A DNA stretch of 38,048 nt from a virus (Duplodnaviria; Caudoviricetes), in IMG/VR virus record IMGVR_UViG_3300043015_001023, positions 1-38,048 of that record. One strand, written 5' to 3'. Below, in pieces: positions 25,513 through 34,792 of the stretch. The notes beneath the pieces were generated by a model that was not told where the DNA came from, did no database searches, and saw nothing but the letters and a program-made list of their open reading frames with translations. The position numbers and the translations under genes were made by a program. How positions within the stretch are numbered: position 1 is the first letter of the stretch; each line of letters starts with the position of its first letter.

Positions 25513-26684
25513 TAGAAGCTTGAGAAAACTCGAACCGTTGTACCTGTTGTCGTGTTTTCTTCTGCGCTAATGTTTAGTGTTGAGTTAGAGAATCCAGTCT
25601 CCATTGATTGCTCATGCTCAGATAGATAAGCTTGCTCAACTTGAACAACCATAGACTTACCATCATTCCACACAATTTCAAAAGCCAAGTCAACGCGAGA
25701 GCCTGCAAGGTACAATTCTTCCCAGTAGGTCGAGTCTGAAATAAAGTTTTTCGCCACAAACGAGCCTGTAACAGCAAATTGACGACCACCTAAACTATTG
25801 CGCTTGCAGCCAGCAGCAGCGCTTGATTGATAGCCGTTAGCGATTTCTAGGCTTGCAGATTTAAGCGAGCATTCAGCGGGAGCACCATCAAGCCAGAACT
25901 TTTTGAATTGATTCTCCACTCCTGCCGCTTCGCTTGTGTCGTCTGCCGCATCAGTTTGACCCGCGATTGCTAGTCGGCTATCCGTTGCAGTTTCCCATAA
26001 AATGTTAGTTGTGGCCGTCATTAAATCAGACTCAGGCACTTCAAGCGTTAGTGAGTCAATCAAGCCATCAACAAAGTTAAAGTATGTAGTTTCACCTGCC
26101 GCAGATTTATCTAGCTGCCTGCGTTGACCTAAGAAGTAAGTCGGACTCAAACCGTTAGCGTATTTCTTACTCGCCACTGTAATGCTTGCGCCAACCGCCT
26201 CTGTTGTCGCTGGTGCTGGGTTTAATGTAACAACATCACCCACAACGTTATCAATGTGATAAGTAATGTTATTCTCGTCATCAGTTGCACCACTGATAAA
26301 TACAAAATCACCGATTGAAAGCAATGAGCCTGCACCTGGATATGTCACGCCCGTAGCAGTGATTTCAACATCAGTGCCAGTGTAAGAGTTATCATCAAGC
26401 TCAGAATGAATCGCAGCAACAAGTAGATCTTTTGTTTGCTGAAATACCTCAGTCGATAACTCTGCCGCTTGCTCGGAGTTGGTTTGAATGTTTTGCTTGC
26501 CATTCTGTGAATTGCTTAAAGTATTTGATGTGGTCGAGCTAACCGCTTGCTTCGGTGCGCCGCCAACTCGCTTGACCTTAAAAAACTCAGGAGTAGCATC
26601 AACTGTGCCTTTAATTGTTTGAGCTGATAAATAGACGCTAATATCTTCGCCTACCAACTCTCTATCTGTCACTGTAGTAGCCAT
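25512..26684 (-). CDS. Major tail tube protein
   Basis: 390 aa, Thr/Ser-rich, between neck genes and chaperones. Confidence 0.8.
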   Translation of the reverse strand: MATTVTDRELVGEDISVYLSAQTIKGTVDATPEFFKVKRVGGAPKQAVSSTTSNTLSNSQNGKQNIQTNSEQAAELSTEVFQQTKDLLVAAIHSELDDNSYTGTDVEITATGVTYPGAGSLLSIGDFVFISGATDDENNITYHIDNVVGDVVTLNPAPATTEAVGASITVASKKYANGLSPTYFLGQRRQLDKSAAGETTYFNFVDGLIDSLTLEVPESDLMTATTNILWETATDSRLAIAGQTDAADDTSEAAGVENQFKKFWLDGAPAECSLKSASLEIANGYQSSAAAGCKRNSLGGRQFAVTGSFVAKNFISDSTYWEELYLAGSRVDLAFEIVWNDGKSMVVQVEQAYLSEHEQSMETGFSNSTLNISAEENTTTGTTVRVFSSF

Positions 26685-27163
26685 TATAAAATTTCCTCGT
26701 AGTAGCCGTTGACATTAACGTCAACTCTGTAAAATTTTGAATCTGTTAGTTTGCCAACAACGTCAATAGTCGCTGTTTGCGTTTTGTATTCGTTGATCTC
26801 AACCTTTTCAAAAATGTTAAGAATCTCTGATACGGTTGTCATTATATCAGCTCTAGCAACTCTGTCAGAATTTGGAACGTTAACTGAAACTGTATGAACA
26901 AAGTACTGCCTAATGCAACGCCTTGTGTCTGCCGCTGTTTGCTGCCTTAACCCTAAAACAGTCGATTGAATCAAGTGCTTTTCGGTCTTTGTTGATTCTA
27001 TCCCTCGATCGAGATTCACAACATCATCAACTGAATATCCATCAGGCAAGTTATTAGCAAGTCTTAGCTGCATTGTCCTTGTCAAGCCTTTTGCATAGCT
27101 AACCCCGTGCGTATTGCTATCTATGAGTAAGTCTTGACCATTTGAAATGAATAGTGTTGTCAT
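26684..27163 (-). CDS. Tail terminator-like protein
   Basis: Synteny (precedes the tail tube) and size. Confidence 0.6.
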   Translation of the reverse strand: MTTLFISNGQDLLIDSNTHGVSYAKGLTRTMQLRLANNLPDGYSVDDVVNLDRGIESTKTEKHLIQSTVLGLRQQTAADTRRCIRQYFVHTVSVNVPNSDRVARADIMTTVSEILNIFEKVEINEYKTQTATIDVVGKLTDSKFYRVDVNVNGYYEEIL

Positions 27164-27540
27164 TTGTTTACCGCCGCTTGTATTGTTAAGCTTAGCGCCT
27201 TTGGTGGCGTTTGCTTAGAGTAGCCTGTTTCCATGATTCGATACGCATAAGGTAAATTATTTTGCACATAGATAGTTGGATACTTAATCGGTTTTGCTGC
27301 TTCTATAACGCTGAATGCTGTGTTTATTGTTGAGTTGCCTGTTAAATCTTCGCCATCTATCTCAGAGCTATCAGGAGCGCCAACGCTTGCAATAAAATTA
27401 GCTCTTAACGCACCTTTATCAACTGCCGCTTTTCTAACTAGCTCTTGCTCGATATATAAAGCAGTTTCGCGAGTCTCTTTATTAACTGCATCGGCTAAAA
27501 AGTCAGATACATCAGCGTTTGACTCGTTGCGGCCAGCCAC
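27160..27540 (-). CDS. HK97 gp10-like tail completion protein
   Basis: AVDKGALRANF...IYVQNNLPYAYRIMETGYSKQTP. Confidence 0.8.
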   Translation of the reverse strand: MAGRNESNADVSDFLADAVNKETRETALYIEQELVRKAAVDKGALRANFIASVGAPDSSEIDGEDLTGNSTINTAFSVIEAAKPIKYPTIYVQNNLPYAYRIMETGYSKQTPPKALSLTIQAAVNK

Positions 27541-27893
27541 TAAATAACTACCCGCACAAAATAAGTAGCGTCAGCCGCATCGCTCATCACTTGAACTATA
27601 TCACGGTCTGCACCATCATAGTTGCAATAGTAACTTGCGTCAAAGTCACCAGGTACAGGTGAAGAATCAAGAATAACTAAATAAATATCACTCGCCGTAA
27701 CTTCACCAAAAATATTCTCAGCCGTTTTAATGTCGATGGGTATAGCGCCAACAGTTTCACTGAATTTTGTTTCAGTGTCAGCAATTGGGTCATAACCAAG
27801 ATCTTTTTTAATAGTAAAGTCCACTTGAAAATCAGCGAACTCATTAAAAAGCTCAACAGCTAAAGATTGGAATTCACTTTTAAACGTAGCCAT
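27540..27893 (-). CDS. Head-closure (stopper) protein
   Basis: Synteny in the neck module. Confidence 0.6.
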   Translation of the reverse strand: MATFKSEFQSLAVELFNEFADFQVDFTIKKDLGYDPIADTETKFSETVGAIPIDIKTAENIFGEVTASDIYLVILDSSPVPGDFDASYYCNYDGADRDIVQVMSDAADATYFVRVVI

Positions 27894-28366
27894 TAGCTAT
27901 AACCTTTAGCGACCATAAAAGCGCCTGATTGATTTACTAAGTACGGTCTCAATAAGGCTGTGATTCTGCTTGTGTCATAAGTAACCGTAGGAATTGAACC
28001 ATCTTTGTATTCGGTTTCCTTTTCTAGCGTTGCTAGCTTTTTACGCTCTTTTATTACTTTACCGTTAGCGTTTACTGCTTGATCAACAAATAAATAACCA
28101 GTTAAAGCTTGCCATGCAGCTTGGAACGCACCTTTTGAAATATCAGCAATAGATACTGACGTGGTCGGTAAGTCCATTGCTTGAGACTCATCAACCTTGC
28201 TACCTCTAAATGTGTAAGTTGGGTCAATGTAGAAAAGTGAACTCTCAATCAATGCCGCTTCAATCTGTGCATCTGTGTAACTTGAGTAGTCACGAGCCAA
28301 AGCATCAGCCTGAGCTTTAAACTCTGCAAGTGTTAAGTAAGAATCTGTACCAACTGTGACAGCCAT
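27893..28366 (-). CDS. Head-tail adaptor protein
   Basis: DSYLTLAE...FRGSK...QAMDLP...ALLRPYL pattern of neck adaptors. Confidence 0.7.
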   Translation of the reverse strand: MAVTVGTDSYLTLAEFKAQADALARDYSSYTDAQIEAALIESSLFYIDPTYTFRGSKVDESQAMDLPTTSVSIADISKGAFQAAWQALTGYLFVDQAVNANGKVIKERKKLATLEKETEYKDGSIPTVTYDTSRITALLRPYLVNQSGAFMVAKGYS

Positions 28367-28378
28367 TATTTAAACCCC

Positions 28379-28585
28379 TTACTTATTCCCATGAGCAACC
28401 CACAATCGAGAGTTTAAAACATCAAGGTATGACTTCATAAAGCCTGCTTGTTGTATCATTCTTATTTGTTCGTCATGATCTAGATCTTTAAATATTTCAT
28501 TTTTATGAATAAAGCAGTTTAAAGCCTCTAGCTTTACTTTTAATTCATTATGCTCGATCTTCATTCTTTCTATGTGTTGACTCAT
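28379..28585 (-). CDS. Conserved small phage coiled-coil protein
   Basis: HIERMKIEHNELKVKLEAL...QAGFMKSYLDVLNSRL. Confidence 0.7.
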   Translation of the reverse strand: MSQHIERMKIEHNELKVKLEALNCFIHKNEIFKDLDHDEQIRMIQQAGFMKSYLDVLNSRLWVAHGNK

Positions 28586-28610
28586 ATCACCATGCCTCAT
28601 ATATGTTTTT

Positions 28611-28674
28611 ATTGCTTTTGATTATAGCTTATAGCTAAAGGTTATTAAACATTCAAATGATTATGGGCTATATT
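28611..28674 (+). promoter_or_regulatory. Double-dyad (LysR-type) site plus -10 TATATT
   Basis: ATTGCTTTTGATTAT-AGCTT-ATAGCTAAAGGTTAT; -10 at +28. Confidence 0.7.
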
Positions 28675-28703
28675 CGAGTTAGTTAAACAAATGGAGCAAT
28701 AAA

Positions 28704-28877
28704 ATGAAAAGCATAAATGAAATAATTAATGATGCACTTTCTGAAATAAGAAAAGTGCACGGCATTGAAATTGATTCGATTAGCTCAATGGTTGTGCATG
28801 AGTCGTTTGATTGTGAAAACATTCAAAGGTTAATTAACTTTCAGGGTGAGGCCAAGGAGATCAGCTATGAAGATTAA
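28704..28877 (+). CDS. Hypothetical 57-aa protein (MKSINEIINDAL...)
   Basis: GGAG RBS; manual translation. Confidence 0.65.
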   Translation: MKSINEIINDALSEIRKVHGIEIDSISSMVVHESFDCENIQRLINFQGEAKEISYED

Positions 28878-29070
28878 AATACTTTTACAGTCTTTAGCGT
28901 TAATTTGCTGCTTTCTTTGGATGATGTTTAAAGCGTATGAAATAACTAAACCTTATGGCCTTGTGCCGTTTTTATCAGCCGCAGCCACTCTTATCATTCT
29001 TTTTATTTGTGGTATAGGTGTGATAGACAATCAAATAGACCATCAAGCAAATGAAGAAAGCCCCGAATAA
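28867..29070 (+). CDS. Two-TM membrane protein
   Basis: AAGGAG RBS before ATG 28867; hydrophobic. Confidence 0.7.
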   Translation: MKIKILLQSLALICCFLWMMFKAYEITKPYGLVPFLSAAATLIILFICGIGVIDNQIDHQANEESPE

Positions 29071-29082
29071 TGGGGCTTTTTT
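29057..29082. terminator. Bidirectional terminator
   Basis: AAAGCCCC/GGGGCTTT. Confidence 0.85.
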
Positions 29083-29083
29083 G

Positions 29084-30346
29084 TTATCTTTCCTCCACTA
29101 GATAATACCCATCAGCCTCAAAAGTAACGCTATTAGCGGCTGTGTTATTTGTCACCTGCAACTTTATGTAGTCATTTTGATCTAGAGTTGTGTTTATGTT
29201 CACGTCGAAAAAAGCAACATCCCTTGCACCCGTGAAATTGTTAACTGGTCTAACTTGATCTAAAACAGTTACAAATGTTGATGCTGAGTTGTCCCACTTT
29301 AACACTCTGAGAGTTAGGACGTTGTTTGCTGTTGATGATGCAGACATTGAGGCTACAACTTTATACTCCCTTGGGTTTATGCCTATATGTCTGAGCTGGC
29401 CTCCCGCAGGGTTATCAAAGTGCTGCAAGTCAGTAACATTCCACGCCACAGCATTAACATCTTCAAAAGTACCAGCCGTATTAATTGTTGTTGCAACCTC
29501 TGCCGCAATACCAATCGCACCACCCTCAAAAGTATTGGGCATTCCGATATTGCTAGACCAAGAGCAAGCTAAGTTACCTGCTGTTATATTTGGTGTGTAG
29601 TTTGCGTCGGTTGCATCTTGCACGCCCTGCCTGGTAACTATCGCGCCATCCACTTGTACTGTTGATGGGTTTGGAAAGTTAGCGGGAGCAAAGTCAAAGA
29701 ATGAAGCGCTAGCTGGCAAGTCCAAATTCATATTGGTTCTAAAGCGTGAAGCCATGCTAAAACCAGTTCCGGCTTTAAATAGAGAGTAAGCGCCATCAGC
29801 AAGACTTCTAACTATTGATGCGTCGATAAAATACCCGCCAACCCAAGTGCCAGAAAGTGTAAGCTCTGGTTTCCCGCCAAATCTACCCGTTCCACTTTCA
29901 AAACCTTGTCTATACCCGTTTATTTCGCCAAGAGATTCACAGTTATTGTAGTTAACTCTACTAAACTCAAAAGCGTCAAAACCAGTTGCGCTAGTCAAAT
30001 CATATACTTTAGATGTTGCTCCTGTGACCTCTATCGCGTAATCCTTGCCAATCACATTGCCACTACCACCAACGGGCGAGGTGAACATTGTATAACCTGT
30101 TGCGCTAGATATTAGTTTGGATGTGTCGAAGTTGTAGCCAGACAAATAAAGGCCACCAGCAGGCACTTCAATCGACTGAGACCCCATATCAACCACACCA
30201 TCAATGAAGTACTCTTTGGTGCTATCAAGTGTTCCTGCAAGGTCTGACGCTTGCTTTACAACAACTCTACCATCATAAGCGCCGCTAATATTCTGCGTTG
30301 CTGTCAATATATCTTCTAATAGCTTATTTCTTGTTTTACCAACCAT
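29084..30346 (-). CDS. Putative virion structural protein (head fibre/decoration)
   Basis: 420 aa, Gly/Thr/Ser-rich, between capsid and neck genes; AGGAGG RBS. Confidence 0.65.
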   Translation of the reverse strand: MVGKTRNKLLEDILTATQNISGAYDGRVVVKQASDLAGTLDSTKEYFIDGVVDMGSQSIEVPAGGLYLSGYNFDTSKLISSATGYTMFTSPVGGSGNVIGKDYAIEVTGATSKVYDLTSATGFDAFEFSRVNYNNCESLGEINGYRQGFESGTGRFGGKPELTLSGTWVGGYFIDASIVRSLADGAYSLFKAGTGFSMASRFRTNMNLDLPASASFFDFAPANFPNPSTVQVDGAIVTRQGVQDATDANYTPNITAGNLACSWSSNIGMPNTFEGGAIGIAAEVATTINTAGTFEDVNAVAWNVTDLQHFDNPAGGQLRHIGINPREYKVVASMSASSTANNVLTLRVLKWDNSASTFVTVLDQVRPVNNFTGARDVAFFDVNINTTLDQNDYIKLQVTNNTAANSVTFEADGYYLVEER

Positions 30347-30347
30347 G

Positions 30348-30458
30348 CTAACCTCCTAAAGCTGTAAGCCAATCTTTTAAAAGTTTATTTCTATTGCTTG
30401 GGTCTGTAACAGTGCCCCCAGCCGCAACTACAATTTGTTTAAGTAAATCGTTCCTCAT
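30348..30458 (-). CDS. 36-aa protein MRNDLLKQIVVAAGGTVTDPSNRNKLLKDWLTALGG
   Basis: GAGGA RBS; internal repeat; stop 1 nt before the next ATG. Confidence 0.65.
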   Translation of the reverse strand: MRNDLLKQIVVAAGGTVTDPSNRNKLLKDWLTALGG

Positions 30459-30471
30459 AATTTCCTCGCAT

Positions 30472-30499
30472 AAAAAAGCCCCACTCAAAGGTGAGGCTT
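30472..30499 (-). terminator. Terminator after the capsid genes
   Basis: Minus strand AAGCCTCAC/GTGGGGCTT stem plus T-tract. Confidence 0.8.
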
Positions 30500-30522
30500 A
30501 GTAAATTTACAGCTTTCTAGCG

Positions 30523-30717
30523 CTAGCCTTTCTTAGCACCAAGCGCGACAGCTTTATCAACATAGTAAGCTTCACCAGTTACGGTTAGGCCTGCTAGATT
30601 GACTGTGTTGAATGATACAGGTGTAAGCTTGCACTCAACCTTGCGATTTTTTCGCTCGCCAGTAGCAGTTAACACAATGTCGGTTTTTGCAAATGATTTT
30701 TTCTTTGCTTCTGCCAT
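30523..30717 (-). CDS. Small capsid-associated protein
   Basis: Directly after the major capsid gene; GGGG RBS. Confidence 0.7.
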   Translation of the reverse strand: MAEAKKKSFAKTDIVLTATGERKNRKVECKLTPVSFNTVNLAGLTVTGEAYYVDKAVALGAKKG

Positions 30718-30727
30718 GATTTACCCC

Positions 30728-31681
30728 TTATAAAGTAGTTACAACAACGCCAGCTGTGTCTTTGTGGCCTAAGTTAGTAACACGCGCCCAGTTTGCCGCA
30801 TTCGCCAAGTCTGCGTCGCCAGGCTTAACAACTGAGTTGCTGAAAGTGTAACCTTTAACGCCAATCATAAATGAACCTTCAGCCTTTAACAGTTGGCGAG
30901 CATTTTCTTCGTCCAAATCAGTTACGTTATATGAGCGCATATCACCTTGATCTTGGGCAGATAAAGCACCAGAAACCAAACCTAGCTGGATGTAGTTTTC
31001 AGTGCCAGCGTTATCAAAGTGAAGCGCATCAGAGTCAGTCATAACTAACGGGCGACCGTGACCATCAGTAACAACTCGAATGTTACCAAAGTCAAACAAG
31101 TCATTAGAGTTAGCAACAGCGCCAGCCCAGATGTCGGTTTGTGACTTAGAGTGCATAACCCAACATACGATTGCTGATTGACGATCACCAAACTTGCCAG
31201 CACCTTGAACTAGGCTTGCAATTGATGCAACACCAGCAGTGCCGTCATAGTTAACGTCTGCGTCATCCATTGATGCAACAGCAGAGTAAAGCAGTGAGTT
31301 AAGCATGTACTGCATAGCACCAGCCGCAATATCTTCACCAAATAAACGGCCAGCTTCGCGAGGGTCGCGGTTAGTCCAGTCGAAAGAAGTATTGGTGTAA
31401 GTAATATTAGGCGTACCCCAACCTACTTTAATGTCAATTTTTAACAACTCTTTTAGCGCGTGTTCCGTTGCTGCCGCTGTTGACTCTGGATCACGATTAC
31501 CAACAAGAGAGCTAAGATTCTCAAAAGCTGCTTTTTGGTGCTTATCACCAGCTACCGCCATTGTATCGAGCGTAATAGCTCCGCGTGTTGCTTGATTAAA
31601 TAACTGAATGTTTTGCTGTAGTGTAACTGCAAATGCGCGGTATGCGTAATCATTAAACAGTTGAAAATCGCCTAGTGCCAT
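30728..31681 (-). CDS. Major capsid protein
   Basis: 317 aa after the scaffold; FNQATRGAITL, KFGDRQSAIVCWVMHS, NW...KDTAGV; AGGAG RBS. Confidence 0.88.
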   Translation of the reverse strand: MALGDFQLFNDYAYRAFAVTLQQNIQLFNQATRGAITLDTMAVAGDKHQKAAFENLSSLVGNRDPESTAAATEHALKELLKIDIKVGWGTPNITYTNTSFDWTNRDPREAGRLFGEDIAAGAMQYMLNSLLYSAVASMDDADVNYDGTAGVASIASLVQGAGKFGDRQSAIVCWVMHSKSQTDIWAGAVANSNDLFDFGNIRVVTDGHGRPLVMTDSDALHFDNAGTENYIQLGLVSGALSAQDQGDMRSYNVTDLDEENARQLLKAEGSFMIGVKGYTFSNSVVKPGDADLANAANWARVTNLGHKDTAGVVVTTL

Positions 31682-31696
31682 AATGGACTCCTAAAT

Positions 31697-32347
31697 TTAC
31701 TTTAATTGTACGCTATCCAAGTAAGCTAGCTTTTCTTCACTGCTCATCTTGGAATAATTATCTTTATTATGACTATTTTGCGATGGTTTGATCGCGCTAT
31801 AGTCAGTACCACTAGCTTTTGACCCTGCCAAATGATTTTGCATATCAGGGTCAGACTTAGCCCATTTTAACCAATCATCATGGTTATCAGCTATATGCTT
31901 GCCATCTAAGTCTTTATAGCTTGCGACTACGTTGCCGTCTTCACCAAAGCCATAATCAACTAATTGACTCGCTGTTAACTGACTGAGCTTGTCGTTTTTA
32001 GCAAAGTTAGAAACAATGCTTTGAACAGAAGCTTGCTTTTTAGATGAAAGAATCATTTCGTTACGTGCGCTTAGTTGCTCAGATAACTCTTTGCGTTCAC
32101 GCTCGTATTTAGCTTGCTCAAGCTCTAAAGCTTTTTTAACGTCTCCAGCCTCTTTTGCTGCTTCAATTGCCGCTTGCTCTTTTTCCAATAATTTGGCCTG
32201 CGTTTCTTCTTCTAGCTTTTTCTTTTCAGCTAGGAGTGCATCTTTATTGGCTTTTAAGCCCGCGGTTTCAGCTTCAAACTTAGCTGTTAGCTCTTGCTCT
32301 TGTTTAGCTAGCAATTCTTTCAATTGCTCTTCTGTGTACTCTGCCAT
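31697..32347 (-). CDS. Capsid scaffolding protein
   Basis: Coiled coil with GLKANKDALLAEKK; precedes the capsid gene. Confidence 0.8.
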   Translation of the reverse strand: MAEYTEEQLKELLAKQEQELTAKFEAETAGLKANKDALLAEKKKLEEETQAKLLEKEQAAIEAAKEAGDVKKALELEQAKYERERKELSEQLSARNEMILSSKKQASVQSIVSNFAKNDKLSQLTASQLVDYGFGEDGNVVASYKDLDGKHIADNHDDWLKWAKSDPDMQNHLAGSKASGTDYSAIKPSQNSHNKDNYSKMSSEEKLAYLDSVQLK

Positions 32348-32388
32348 TTAATAATCTCCTGATTAAAATGGTTGTAGCCCTGCTACTG

Positions 32389-32453
32389 GTTAATAATTGT
32401 TATAATGATATAACTAAAGGTTATAAGCGTCAAACTATCGTCAGATATAACCT
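32389..32453 (+). promoter_or_regulatory. Double-dyad (LysR-type) site upstream of scaffold/capsid
   Basis: GTTAT-AATGAT-ATAACTAAAGGTTAT; TAACCT at +28. Confidence 0.55.
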
Positions 32454-33544
32454 TTTAAAAATTCATTCTTATTCATGTACTCAAGTATTTTCTTATTCTT
32501 CTGCGCCATTTCTGCGAGTGTTAAAGGCTCACCCATGCGATTGGCTAAAGCATCTCTAAACTCTTGCGCGCTTAATCCTGCGTTACGGAATATCAAGCCG
32601 CGCGATTTACCAAGGACTTCATCTTGCACGTAAGCAGGTTGTCTTTTCAGCACGTCATAATATTGCTTGGTTGCGTCAACTTGGCCCTTTTCATCTTCGA
32701 AGTTAGCTGAACGAGTCGAGCCTGTGCGGTTTAGTTTGTCGTTGTAAAACTCTGCTGTGATTTGTGACCTACAGCGATAATGAAAGGCTGGTTTAGGATT
32801 GTAGCTATCAGAGTATCTAAATGTTTTACCGTCAAAATATCGACACGTTTCGCTAGTGCGAGTATCTAAAGTAGCTAGGATTGTATAACCCCATATGATG
32901 TCGTCATTCTGCCTGAATATTTCATCGCGTGAAGTTGAAGCGATGTGAGTTACCGCTGTTCTAACAATTGACTCTGCCTCTCGTCTGGAAGCGTCAATAA
33001 TTCCATCAGTGTATCTTTGCGCTCTAGTGCCGATGATGGTTTGAGTCATCTCTTGAAGCGTTAAACCTTGAGAGAATCCGCCAGATATAATGCTTGCCAC
33101 CTTGCGACTGTTATCGCCTAACTTCTCTATCATTTCGTCAAAGTCAACGAATGAATTATTGCCGCCAATGGCTAGCGGGTTTTTAGTTACTGCGGCCCAT
33201 AGCTTTCGATTTGATGGTGATTCTACAATTACATCAGCTACCACAGAAGTTTGAATGGCTTGCGTGATAAATTCAGCTTCATCAGCGGATAGCGCCTTAA
33301 GCTGCTCGTAGTAAAGCGCTGTGATATCTTCATACACTTGCGCCGTCTTTGCTTCAACATCATCTAAAAGCTTTTGGTATCGCTTTCTAGATGCAATGGT
33401 AGCGCCCTCTCTATTAATTCGCTCACGCAACCATTTAGCAAGCTCTTGGAGTGCTTCGGTTGTTTGCTTGTTTAGAGATGAAGCAAAGCGCTGGTCTAAT
33501 ATACTTCGGTTTGTTAATGCTGCAAAAAGTTCGGGAGATTGCAT
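32441..33544 (-). CDS. Minor head protein (SPP1 gp7/Mu gpF family)
   Basis: AESIVRTA...ATLDTRTSETCRYFDG...PAFHYRCRS. Confidence 0.9.
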   Translation of the reverse strand: MQSPELFAALTNRSILDQRFASSLNKQTTEALQELAKWLRERINREGATIASRKRYQKLLDDVEAKTAQVYEDITALYYEQLKALSADEAEFITQAIQTSVVADVIVESPSNRKLWAAVTKNPLAIGGNNSFVDFDEMIEKLGDNSRKVASIISGGFSQGLTLQEMTQTIIGTRAQRYTDGIIDASRREAESIVRTAVTHIASTSRDEIFRQNDDIIWGYTILATLDTRTSETCRYFDGKTFRYSDSYNPKPAFHYRCRSQITAEFYNDKLNRTGSTRSANFEDEKGQVDATKQYYDVLKRQPAYVQDEVLGKSRGLIFRNAGLSAQEFRDALANRMGEPLTLAEMAQKNKKILEYMNKNEFLKGYI

Positions 33545-33570
33545 AAAAAAGCCCTAATTTGATATAGGGC
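33545..33570 (-). terminator. Intrinsic terminator
   Basis: GCCCTA/TAGGGC stem with an A-tract on +. Confidence 0.65.
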
Positions 33571-33605
33571 AATTATAGCATGGTGGGGAATTGGGGCAAT
33601 TAAGG

Positions 33606-34049
33606 TTAGCTTTTACCGAAATCAGCAATAACAACTTTAGAATCTGATTTTGATGCCATGTAATCACTCATTTGATTGAACCTTCTAGTCATGCCTTTGT
33701 TGATTCTGTGAAATATTACAATTGATAAGAAAAGCGCAGCCGCAACTAAATACTGCTGAGACAAAGCCAATAAGACTAAAGATGCCACTCTTACAGGTAT
33801 AACAATAAATTTTTGATAAGTGGCAATCTCGCCATTGAAACTAGTTAGAAGTTTGTCTTTCAAGTAAAAAGACTTATCGCTTTCTTGATCAAATTCAAAA
33901 GCTAGGTAGACGCAGTAAGCACCAGCAATAGAAATCAGTACAAGCAATGAGAATGCGTATACTGAATAAAGCTCAAGCAATCCTTCATTATCATAGTAAA
34001 CGCCAGTTATTAGCGCTGCAAACATTGCCAAGTTAAATACTTTAATCAT
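33606..34049 (-). CDS. Multi-pass membrane protein
   Basis: About four hydrophobic segments; GGAG RBS. Confidence 0.75.
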   Translation of the reverse strand: MIKVFNLAMFAALITGVYYDNEGLLELYSVYAFSLLVLISIAGAYCVYLAFEFDQESDKSFYLKDKLLTSFNGEIATYQKFIVIPVRVASLVLLALSQQYLVAAALFLSIVIFHRINKGMTRRFNQMSDYMASKSDSKVVIADFGKS

Positions 34050-34067
34050 TTTTTACTCTCCAATTAA

Positions 34068-34289
34068 TTAAAAGTGTTCTTCACTGCTTTTTGATTGTGC
34101 ATCTTTTTTAATTATGGCTGCCACTGTTGATGTATAAAATACAGCCGCCGCTACATTTGCAGCAAATGATACACCACCTAGCTTGCTAATATTGTCAATA
34201 ACCGTGTTATTCATTGCTATTTCAGCCTCTAGAACTGCTATGTAAGCATCTTTTGATAGTTTACCTTTTAACATTTCGCTTTTAATCAT
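34068..34289 (-). CDS. Hypothetical protein
   Basis: GGAG RBS; follows the structured leader. Confidence 0.7.
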   Translation of the reverse strand: MIKSEMLKGKLSKDAYIAVLEAEIAMNNTVIDNISKLGGVSFAANVAAAVFYTSTVAAIIKKDAQSKSSEEHF

Positions 34290-34593
34290 TTTCTACTCCA
34301 AATTTAAACAATAAGTGTCATTAGATACGTTAGTGCATGGATGGTGCTTTAGTGTATCTTTGTTTTACAATGCAATTTACCGTATCAGCATAACCGTTCA
34401 ATTCCATATTGGTGGCCCAAACCATATAACCATGCACATAACCGCTGTTTATCCGCGTATCTAAACGTTATCCAATTGCAAGGGAGTAAAGCTCTAATCT
34501 AATTGTTGGTGTTTTGCGTTAAGTACCGAATGCTTAATCAAGTGAGATGCGTTAGAAAGGGTTTGTGCCTACTTATAGATTGCATACAGACAC

Positions 34594-34728
34594 AAAAAAA
34601 GGCTTATTAGTACAAGCCCAGTAACTCGGGGCTGATAAAGCATAAGTGAGATGTTTTCCCACGAACACTAGACCTGCACTAATAAACCCTTGTTACTTTA
34701 TCAATTTAACGCGGCATCTCACCTCCGC
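34594..34728 (-). ncRNA. C4/CI-like antisense attenuator RNA
   Basis: 22-bp stem (five G-U pairs) plus U7; enclosed 8-mers complementary to upstream 8-mers. Confidence 0.6.
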
Positions 34729-34735
34729 ACCACAA

Positions 34736-34763
34736 ATTATACACCACATAACAAACAGTGCAA
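34736..34763 (-). promoter_or_regulatory. Sigma70 promoter driving the structured leader
   Basis: TTGCAC-16-TATAAT. Confidence 0.65.
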
Positions 34764-34792
34764 ACCTTAACCACAATCTGTGTAAAAGTTAA

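Noticed and set aside
16812-33557. Numerous 60-120 aa plus-strand ORFs within structural genes
   Set aside because: Antisense shadows lacking RBS and promoter-terminator context, unlike the genuine plus-strand cassettes
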